Assembly: GCA_012295275.1 (NCBI GenBank)
Contig: CM022672.1
Span: 25,544,001 to 25,608,000 of the forward strand
Direction: 5' to 3'
DNA length: 64,000 bases
From: Chrysomallon squamiferum
Taxonomy: Eukaryota > Animalia > Mollusca
Both the position numbers and the translations under genes were made by a program. The notes under the pieces were generated by a model that ran no database searches, was not told the DNA's origin, and saw nothing but the letters and a program-made list of their open reading frames with translations. Of the stretch, positions 25,896-64,000 are shown in pieces; the stretch's first letter is position 1, and each line of letters starts with the position of its first letter.

Positions 25896-26586
25896 ATTTG
25901 GTGTGTGTGTTAAAAGTAAAATAAAAGCATAAGAGCAATTCTGAATCACCTGTCACTCCATCCACTGACCTCATCGCATTAAGCATGTCAGCCAGCGGCA
26001 CCCAGAAGGGAGGATATTTGAATCTGGCTACGTCGAGTATTAGAAGAAGATCTTTTTTAGGGTGAAATCCCCCAACAGGTGATATATGCCCCCCTCCAGA
26101 CATGTCCAGATATCTCCTGTTATAGTTCAGAATAAGAAAGGCATCGTCCAGCTTAGTGTATTCCATGATGATGTTCTTAAACCTTTCAAAGGTTACCGAA
26201 CTGTCCACGTGTGTTATTTTCGCGTTCAAGGAATTCTGTCTTGCTAAGGAAGCCATCTCAATAATGGTCAAACCTTCTTTTTTAATAGCTTGTAAAGGAA
26301 TGTCAGTCACTATAGTGTTTTCATGGTACCATCGCCAAGGTTTTTTCCAAACTACTCCAGGATCGACGCCAAGGGCATTCAAAACAATGACAAGACTGGT
26401 CAAGCCACAGAAAGCCGTTTCGTCCTGTGTACAGAACTGAGCCGCTAGTTTGAAGTAACAGTTCATATGACCTGTAGCCAGTGCCTCGGCAAACAACTGT
26501 TTTCCTAATCCAGCAGAAAAAGATATACATCCCTCTGGCAAAGGCCGGCGATAGATACCTTCTTCCGATGACGAATGAGACGCCAT
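25016..26586 (-). CDS. PCS: Phytochelatin synthase-like protein, copy 2 (divergent), 436 aa
   Basis: Exons 26586-25950 and 25689-25016, with a phase-1 intron at the same position as in copy 1 (..VTG|KPRG). Motifs: YRRPLP, QDETAFCGL, WKKPWRWYHE, GGHISP, LILDVARFKYPPFW. The frame is open throughout and ends QACCY*. Confidence 0.93.
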
Positions 26587-27111
26587 GTCGGATGTTTAAC
26601 AAACATTCTCAGAGACCAAATATGACGTAACGCTTCGATAGGGGTGGGGTGGGGGGTTTCTGTGGCGTAAACGTTTCTGTGGATTTATTCTGGTGTTATA
26701 TATTTTTGATCTGTTAAGCTAAAAACATGAGTAAAAATTATTAATGATAAGTATTTCAGTTTTGGTTATCTGCCATCAAGTTTTATATGTTATGTAAGAG
26801 ATTAATAACCTATAGAGAATAATTATAACCTTTGAAAAAAACAGATATACAAAATAAATAAGAAAAAATCCTGGGCTTTATTTGTTTATTTTATTATTAT
26901 TTTTTTTAATAACGTCACAAATTTCCGATCATTCGGATTATTTATTAATTTAAAACTTTATAAAGCAATTAAACTCCTGTATAATTACTGGAGAAAATAT
27001 CACCCATTTTGTTCGATATTGTTGTGGTTGTTGTTGTTGTTGTCGTCGTTGTTGTTGCTGCTGCTGCTGCTGAAGGTGACGGTGGTGGTGATTTTTATTC
27101 TTATTCTGATA

Positions 27112-27165
<54 letters not shown>

Positions 27166-27782
27166 TAAAAATTTAAAAAAATAAAATAGCTAAACAAGGG
27201 AACTAACTGCTGGATACTTAGAATTAAATTCATGTGGATTACGTACCTTCATTGTAAGTTCATAATAAAGAGGAGGATAGTTTGCTTTAATTATTACCTT
27301 TAGAAATGCACGCACAAACAATGGCTTAAACAGTTAAAATGGTTCATTATCAAATAGATATAGCACCTGATTCAACTAATAAATCTAACAAACTATCGAA
27401 TTTGTTTGCGTTTCTTCCTGTCACAGTTCACTGATTTGGGCTCTGAGCTGTAACGTGACAGGAGCCAGGATCTATCCTTCCTGCAACCATTTCCAGTCTC
27501 CAGTGACTTGTTTATTATTATATTATTGTATGTGCATTCCCATGTATAAAAGATGGCTTACTGCTAATCGAAAAAGAATAGCCCTTTACAGCCTGGTTAG
27601 TTCTCTCATTATCTGTATGATAATTAAATATGAAGTCGAGAAAACACAGATTAAATAAACTATTTCTTTCTTCCTTCGTTTCTTGTATTCTAGCTTTCTT
27701 TCTTTAGCCATTTAGTCATTTTAATTAATGCTAATGATGATGATGGCGATGATATTGTTGATGATTATAATGCTATTGATGT

Positions 27783-27941
27783 CAGGGGCATAGCATGTTT
27801 TAAGGTTAAGGGAAGAGAGAAATAAAAAAGGCGCCATGGCACATAACGAATATATTATCATTAAACATTCTTTCTTTGTATTTAAAATCAAAACACAGTT
27901 TACAAAAGAAGCATAATAAGAACATAATCAAACAAACAAAA

Positions 27942-28004
<63 letters not shown>

Positions 28005-28327
28005 TTAAACGTAAAATGAAAACAAAACGAAGAAATGTGTAAAATGTATAATGCAATTACAAGTGTCTCGGCTTAATTCCAGGAATATCTATTACGTCAT
28101 TATAAACCAGTCGGTATCCGATTCTTTTAGAGAGCAAAGATAACCCAGTCTATACCTGCTTTTAATAATAAATTAAAACAAAATTAAATATGTAAGAAAT
28201 AATAAGATTCAGCTTTTATGTTATAATTGAACTAGAGGTTAATTATTGTTGAAATGACGCCAACTTTTAAGAATGTGTTTTCGTGGGGAGCGCTCGTTTC
28301 CTTGCTTCCCCTTCAGCCACGCTGCTA
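27783..28327. mobile_element. Possible degraded MITE with CAGGGGCGTAGC-type ends
   Basis: Left end CAGGGGCATAGC (27783). Right end GCCACGCTGCTA (~28316-28327), preceded by CCTTGCTTCCCC. Only partially complementary. Confidence 0.3.
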
Positions 28328-29600
28328 ATTGTTGTTGTTGCAGCTACTATTTCTGATGATGATGATAATGATGATGATGATTATAAGAACTATTTGTGAC
28401 GATGAAAATAACTATGACCAAGAGGACGAAGAAAGAACGAGAAAGTAGTTAGAATTAACCCACTATTCGTCAGTTATTTTTAAAAAATCAAAAATCAAAA
28501 AAATCAATCTATTATAATAATATAAAATATATGAAGAAAAATACAGAAAATAAAAATTAAAAACATAAGCAGCAGGTTATAATTATAAATAAAAGTATTA
28601 CATATAGATACAGTGACAGGCAGGCAGTCAATCAGACAGATACATACATACATACGCAAGTACGTACAAACATACATAAATACATACATACATACATACA
28701 TACATACATACATACATACATACATACATACATACAAACAGAAAGTATGTTTTATTCAAATTTATTTCTTTCTTCACCATCATCTGCTTCTGCTTTTTCT
28801 TCTTCTTCTTCTTCTTCTTCTTCTTCTTCTTCTTGAAATTTACAGTATGGCGCGATGCTAACGCAGAGTAGTAACTATTTACGATTAAAACTAGGTTTAT
28901 ACTATGTCTCCAAACAATGTGGTATTTATTCCAAAACTTTACATTCAACAATAAAACAGAAAACATGTCGCTTTTATTGCATCAACAACTACGCTGGTTT
29001 TGCAAGCATTCGCAATTAACGGTCGTAACACACAACATACCGCTAGGAACTACGTCAACGCCCACTGGGTTCGTAATTTTTGTGAAGCAGCACCTACGAC
29101 ATTCTCAGTATGTGTTTTGTAGTTACCAGTTTACGTCAGGAACCGGTAAATGTTTGAAGTTCATTCTACACGGTGACCTCCCTTTGAAGTGACGCGCTAT
29201 CCATCTACAACAGTACAGCAAAGGAACCGCCTGGACGACTGTGCTTGTTTGTGTGCAGTGACATGCTGAAACATCTCACACAGAGAGAGAGATATATATA
29301 TTTTCATTACATAGTTATGTTGTAAACCAAGTGCATTTCTTTCTTTTTCTTATTTTAAAATCGTTAAAATAACTGGAAGAGTGGCAATAATTAATTATTT
29401 TTAATAATAGTAAAATATAAAATATTTAAGATAATATAAAATTGTGCAGTTAATAATTTTTTATGAAGAATTTTTTATTCGCTGCTAAAACATGTTTGAT
29501 ACGTAATAATATTTAATATCAGTTTGTTTTGAAATGCTGCTAAATTAATATTAATCTCTCCCTCCCTTCTTCTTCTTCTTCTTCTTCTTCATATCCTTCT

Positions 29601-29728
<128 letters not shown>

Positions 29729-30114
29729 GTATCTTTCTCTCTCTCCATGTCAACAACCGAATTTACAGTATTAAATTTGACAAAATATGTTATTGGGCAA
29801 AGGGTTTATTTGGTTAAGTGTATTTTATAAAATGTGAGGATGCCTTTCGTAAAAGTTCTAACAAATAATTGTACAGTCATACAAAACATCTCATGACCAA
29901 AAGAGTCCCCTCCCTTCATGTTTAACGACTACATTCCAGACGTCATGTTACAGCAACCTGTAACTACAACACGTATTTACACTACAGACTATTTCTTACA
30001 TAAATCTTTGATTATTGTTGTCAAAAGTTTTATAATAAAAAAGGTACTTTTTGCAAACATAATATTTCTAAATATGTTAAAAACACAGAAATCACTTAAT
30101 CTGGTTTTAATATT

Positions 30115-30148
<34 letters not shown>

Positions 30149-30477
30149 TGTAAACTTAAATGTTACTTATTATGTTCTTATTACTATTATTCTACGTTGC
30201 ACTATGTGAAAGGTCGAAATAAGATCAGTTCGAATAGAAACTGCGGTTACATTTTTCTCATATTTATAGATGTTACATATTAGTTTATCGCAAATAAATG
30301 TCAGTCATAAAGAAAAGTGATTTATATTAGTAAGATTATAAAAATATCAAGTAAATATAGAAATGAGTACATTCATTATTTGTTCTTTCTTTTCTCTCTT
30401 CTCTCTCTTCTACCTCTCATTCTCTCACACACATAATATATACTTTCTGTTTCTCTGTCTCTCTCTCACACACACAC

Positions 30478-30511
<34 letters not shown>

Positions 30512-31127
30512 ACACACACACTCACACACACACACATACAGCTTATATTTTTCTCTGTCTAAATTTCTTTTCTTCTGTCTCTCTGTTCCGTATATTTTTT
30601 TTTTTATATTTTTTTTTCAACTTTCGCAAATCAGCTTAAACTAATAAAATATATGTTCACAACTGACGGTTTCGGCGATTTTCGAAACTGGTATAAATAT
30701 TTATTTTATTCTGACCGGTGAAGAGTGACCTACAATGCTTATAAAAAGTGTCAAAACCTCAGTTGTTTATAATAAGCAACGCAAGAAATATACGTTAAGA
30801 AGCCAAAATACCCCCAATAATAGCACTTAATTAATTCGTTTGCTGAACAATGTTTTTCTAATGCTGTCGTCAGAAAATAAAAGGTAGTAACCAAGATCAG
30901 TAAGCGATATTTGAGTTGTATTGTCCATACGACTTATTACCCAATGTTATTAGATAATACTTCGGTGGAATTTTCTTAGGACATAATATTAGGTTGTTGT
31001 GTAGAAAGCATGATATAATTTCATGGCATATTATGGAAAGGAAATCTGTGGTTGTGTGTAGCAAATTATTTAATTGGTGTCAAATACCGAATAACGGAGA
31101 CCCTGTGGTTAAGGCAACAGTATACAT

Positions 31128-31162
<35 letters not shown>

Positions 31163-32017
31163 TTTTCACCAGTTAAATAAAAGGAAATGAAATTATGTAT
31201 TCTATACTGATTTATATTCCATAATTTCATCTTCGTGCACAGTTCATTAAGAAAAAAATCTATGTACAATTTCCAAGAGATATAATCTACATTAACAAAT
31301 AGCAGAGATCGGTCCAGGGAAAAACGTGGAGTGAACACAATGTTACTTTTTTTTATATAATACAATGGGAACAAAAGGAATGGTTAGTAAAGTTAGGAGA
31401 GCTTTATTTCATCTTACTTTATACGTGATGGAAGAGTTACATATATTCTTCCTTAGACTAAACATTTTAGTTAATTCTAACTGGATGGATCGGTCTGGCT
31501 TTTATTGACGTCTGCGAAATATACGTTAATGGGAGATAACTCTCTTCGAATTAATGTTGTGATGGATTAAAAAAACAGTAACTTCGCAAATATTTTCTAG
31601 TAACACAAATAATATTATTTAAATTCTGTAGTCAGTTATGGAAAAAACTAGAAAATTTCTGTTTTTAATTGAATATAGTATATATGGCTGAATTATATAC
31701 TCTTTTCCTTTCTTTCTATCATTTTTAATTTGCATAGCTTTGTATGAAGAATATAAGTATTTTGAGACTTATATAAGCTATTGCACCAACTTTCCTGATT
31801 CCCTTCCCACACACTTATCCAAGCAGATTAAATAACAGCTACATTAGGAATCGTTTATATTTTAGACTGTTATACAATGATAGGTAATGGAAAATCAGTA
31901 TAAAGAGTATAAAATAGATTGTATAGATTAATTCTGTATTGACGGAAACCCAATCTTGTTCTTTAAATATATCATCGAAATGAGATTTTTGTTATTAATA
32001 TTCAGTTAACGAATATT

Positions 32018-32052
<35 letters not shown>

Positions 32053-33142
32053 TCTATCTATCTATTTATTTATTTGTAAAATGTATATCAAGTTTTTACA
32101 TGAATGAATGAGACTGCAGGTTAAAAATAAACTGAAAAGATATAATCAGCAGTGCAATTAAAATGAACTAAAATTTATTTCAGACATTTAAAGTGTATTA
32201 CATTGACGTGATAAAACAGTTTATAAATGAGGTGACAAAAAAAAAAGATTTGTTTCTTATTTTTTAAATATAAATAACAGCAAAAATGATAGTAAAAAAT
32301 GACTAAATATTAACAACAGTAACAACAACGACAACAACAACAACAATAATGATAAGAGGAAGAAGAAATATTTCATAATAATAACAACAACAATAGTAAA
32401 AAAAAAAAAAAAAAACGATAACAGTAAAATCCATATAAAATTAATATTAATTTTATGACATGAAAAAAAAATGTGGAATTATCTTTTAATTATAAAAGTG
32501 AAGAAGAAAACTTTAAAAAGGAGATGGAAATAATTTAAATCTTCATCTACATTAAAAACAAAGCACAGCACCCTGACAGCTGGTACTTTTTTCACTAAGG
32601 TAATCCGGTAAAACTTGTATGTCAAGTATCACCAAAACACATTCTCTGTCTTGTTTCATCTCGACGCTGTTTCTTAGTACATGACAATGTCATCTTGCAT
32701 CTAACCTGATACTACATCAGTTCAGACGTGAAATCTTTGTAGTTCGTATCTATGACCAAACATCCAGTAACGGGAATTTTACTGCAGTTGCTGATGATGT
32801 TAACACGTTGAGAATTAATAAAATACTGAAGATTTAGCACGTTATGAAACCGTTATGTTATATTATTAATGTTGATTGCATTAAAATATAACACATCATG
32901 ATTAAAGGTGTAAGAGAATTCAATATTTACTTCAGTGTTGCTGTTCTGTATGAAATTTAGAATCGTCAGAAAGTGATGAATGAGATATTTGTATAAGATA
33001 GATGAAACCTTTTAAGTCCCACACCCCGAAACTGGTTCAAGTAAACAAGAGAAAAATAACTTTTATGTTTTATGTACGCACGCATTCTATGTTTTCGTGG
33101 TCAGGTACACCCCACCCCATATCCACGCCCACACACACATAT

Positions 33143-33322
<180 letters not shown>

Positions 33323-33667
33323 GGTAGTCAATCGTATTATTTCAATGATTCTTTACTTCTTTTTTCGCCTGATATTAAAAATTACAACGTTCTGTCTCCT
33401 GGCTTTAAACAAACCGAGGTGGTGAGAATAAATATGCAGCTCGGTGAATAGCACTCCCAGCACCTAGCTGAATCAGGCTGCCAGGAAGTCGAGATAATAA
33501 GTGAAAATAACTGTAAGCAGTTTGCCAGAAGGACGAAGCAGATAGTTCACAGCATACAAAATGTCGCTGTTGTTTATTAGACTGAAAAACAGCACAATCA
33601 ACACCTTTTTTTCTGGGTTTTTTTTAAAAATATTCATATACATATAAAAACACATACATGCAAATAA

Positions 33668-33698
<31 letters not shown>

Positions 33699-34342
33699 TA
33701 TTAAATACACTTATTGTTAGATCTAAAGAGACGGGCAGAGAAATAGATAAATAAACAGAATAGACAGAATCTGATAGACAAACAGAAAGCTATTTCCCCT
33801 TGTAATTATATCAGAGCTGCCCTTTTGTATTTAAGTACACATATTGATCGACGCAGGCAGGTTAGTAGCAGTAGGCATTCCTCCATGCTGATGTCGTCGT
33901 TTTTAACTGTTTACTAAACCGTGTCAGCTCTTGAGTAACGCATTTCTCAGATGTTTGTTTTAACATGGACGCTAATTTGAGTAAACATTTAACGTAATTT
34001 AACAACAAAAGTTCAGAGGCAAGTTTCGGCCATCTGAATACATCTTGATTAACTGGAGGCGGTGGCGGTTGACAGCCGGTGTCGTCTGCTTGCTTTCATT
34101 TTGGATTCTGCGCTGTGAACGACTGCTTCACCTCGTTTTCGTGCGTGTCTACCCTTTTTATGCTGCCTTTACAAGAACGAGCTTAGAAGCCGAAGAACTG
34201 GTATGACTAGGAGTGTCTTCCAGTGGCAGTGTTCTCGTTTTTTTCCATTTACAGAGACTTCACAAAACGGCGGGTCGTGTCAGGTCATCAAATAGACTGT
34301 GTCATGCACTGAATGCTGCCGAGGGAAGGACTACAGAATCGA

Positions 34343-34458
34343 CCAATCGCTGGCGAGGAGGGACACGGCGGGTGGGATTAGAACATAATATATTATTGAG
34401 CTTCAGGTAAAGTAGGCTGTCAGGCCTTGGTAGCAGTGAGTGTGTGTGTTGGTATAAA
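34343..34458 (+). promoter_or_regulatory. Core promoter of the intermediate filament gene (CCAAT, GC-box-like, TATA)
   Basis: CCAAT at 34343-34347, GGCGGGTGGG at ~34367-34376 and TATAAA at 34453-34458. They are in canonical order about 100 bp upstream of ATG 34557, within a locally GC/CpG-richer stretch. Confidence 0.6.
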
Positions 34459-34556
34459 CTGCACTGCTTATAACAGATTCGCCAGACGGCTGGGAAGTCG
34501 AGCGTTGCGAGGAAGGTTTAGAAAGTAGCACCAGTTTGACGTGGAACTGAATCGTC

Positions 34557-62162
<27,606 letters not shown>

Positions 62163-62982
62163 GTGCGTATACCGACACACTAGAGCAGAAACTCGCATAA
62201 TAGCTTGACACTAACACTGCTGGGCCTCTCATACTTTTCAAAATACAGTATATACATATCCACTTCGCACTAATACTTTTATAACTGCAATGGGTTCCTC
62301 TAGGGTGGATAGTGAGATTAAAAAGTATAGAAAATGATCACGATGTTATTTAAATTCAGCACTCACAGATTCCTCTCTTGTCTGGCTCGATGTATTCGGG
62401 CCGCCTTTATATCACAACCACCTGTCGTTAAAATATTTTATATCTATTTTAATTTTAAAATCACCTCAATACAGAAACGATTCGTGTATTACGGTAAGTA
62501 CCATAACACTGTTGAGGCGGGTTAGATAATTAGGTGGTCTGACTAGACAGGTTTGTACGAAGCAACACATTATCGTGTATTCACTGTATTTCAGTAACAG
62601 TTTTTAAAAAATAACTACTATTATGCTTCTGCTTATAAACAAGATGATTCAAAAGGAAATAAACAGTTTCAGAAATTGGTTGTGATTAGAGATTATCCGA
62701 ATAGCTAATTTAGTAAAGGAAATATTATGGTTATTTCAATTTTCTTACAAAATTTTAGTTAAATGATGAAAATAGATAAAGATATTTGAAATTTGAATTT
62801 AGTACATACTGCACTGTCATACACAACACAGAAATGTCAAAACACTTCTGAAAACATTTAAGTTCCCTTTGAATCACCTTATAATTTTTTCCTTCCAGTG
62901 TATTTAGTTTCATATTGCTTAAGCTTCCCTTTCTTTTTTTTTGCTTTCGCAAATGTAAGCCAATTTTTATAACTTATGTAAT

Positions 62983-63161
62983 TAGGAAATATACTGAACA
63001 AAAAGGTTATGGAAAACGACATTGCTCAGAAATGAATCATTAACAAGAAAACCAATAATTATGTGTTTTTGTTGCTTGTCTGCCGTAATACACCGATTCC
63101 AGCTTAATGTGAAAGAATAATTTCATGATCCCTAACTTGTTTTGTTCAGTATAGTTTCCTA
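62983..63161. mobile_element. About 180-bp inverted-repeat element (MITE-like; TATACTGAACAAAA core resembles Tc1-type ends)
   Basis: TAGGAAATATACTGAACAAAA (62983-63003) pairs with TTTTGTTCAGTATAGTTTCCTA (63140-63161) with a 1-nt indel. Weaker complementarity continues inward. Confidence 0.55.
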
Positions 63162-64000
63162 TATAGCTTTTTTAAAGGTCTGAGATCTGTGATAATTTTT
63201 ATTTTTCATTGTTTTGTTATATATAGTAGTCTGTTACTTTTTAACTTTGATAATAAAAACTTAATTATCATTTGTTATGCTGTTTTCAAATTTTTAAACT
63301 AATTTTTCGGGAAAAGCATTTTCTATAATTTAATAATAACTATCTTTGAAGGTTTAAATAATAATAATACTTATATAGAGTGGTAGTGATAATATACGGT
63401 AGTACTAGTAGTTGCAGTAGAAGTAACAATCATAGTGATCGTAATGGTGGTAGTGGTAGAGACAGAAGTAGTAATATTAATCGGTATTGGTTGTGAGGAA
63501 CGGTTCCTGGATTTCAAAAAAGGGGAAAGTAAAATTTTCTGTGTGAAGTGAAGTTCATTACAAAGGGAAAAATCACCAATGTGCTTAAACAGGACCGGGT
63601 AAATCTAATCTAAATAACAAAGCAACCCTAACTACATTAAATACTAATAAATATTCTCTATTGCCTATTAATTTTTATATCGCTATTTTTGTCGTATTAA
63701 TGATAAAATTCTTTAGTTACTTAAACATTTTAGTAAGTAATCATAAGTGATAAAGGATAAAGTTAACAGGATCTTTAATCTCAGTAGATTTCTATGTCTG
63801 GTTAGCTGCTTGCATGTATTTTTTTTTTTTTTTTTTTAAATTAATTCAGTAATATAACATCCAGCTGAATATCTCTTTTTATTTTGCTATTTCTTTACGT
63901 TTATTTTAAAAAGGGTTAAAAGTGTTAGAATATTCAAACACGAAAATATGTATCAGTTATAGCAATTTGCGAGATATCGTTAAATGTAAATAAAGAATAT

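Noticed and set aside
20093-26586. Recent horizontal transfer or bacterial contamination as the origin of the PCS genes
   Set aside because: Both have a spliceosomal intron, the eukaryote-type WKxPWRWY motif and a C-terminal domain, and are embedded in host microsatellite-rich DNA.
20103-26602. ORFs 20103-20333 (+), 21357-21557 (-), 26156-26440 (+), 26321-26602 (-)
   Set aside because: These are antisense or alternative-frame shadows of the PCS coding exons.
27307-27313. Metal response element core TGCACGC about 720 bp upstream of PCS copy 2
   Set aside because: It is a single 7-mer, and such motifs arise often in CA/GT-rich DNA throughout this window. There is no cluster.

Overview
AT-rich, microsatellite-dense eukaryotic (animal) DNA with spliceosomal GT-AG introns. 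It is most likely a lophotrochozoan and probably a mollusc, because the intermediate-filament rod closely resembles squid NF70 as I recall it. Five protein-coding genes could be rebuilt by hand from splice sites. Two are tandem DNase II (acid DNase/plancitoxin-like) genes on +: copy 1 is 5'-truncated by the window (101-5595) and copy 2 is complete (7420-14551). Two are tandem phytochelatin synthase genes on - (20093-21573 and 25016-26586). The fifth is a neurofilament-type cytoplasmic intermediate filament gene on + (from 34557, probably continuing past the window) with three candidate alternative exons after the rod. Mobile DNA includes a 3.4-kb pogo/Tigger-like TIR element carrying a decayed SAP+SWIM gene, several MITE-like elements and an RTE-LINE 3' remnant. 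There is also a 22-bp two-variant minisatellite. The most notable observations are: (1) the second PCS keeps the catalytic triad but has lost the conserved N-terminal Cys residues and carries prokaryote-like motifs; (2) phase-matched, apparently mutually exclusive tail exons in the neurofilament gene; (3) single-exon homogenisation between the DNase II paralogues. Most ORFs in the supplied track are microsatellite or low-complexity artefacts. No database searches were run, so family assignments rest on recognised motifs.
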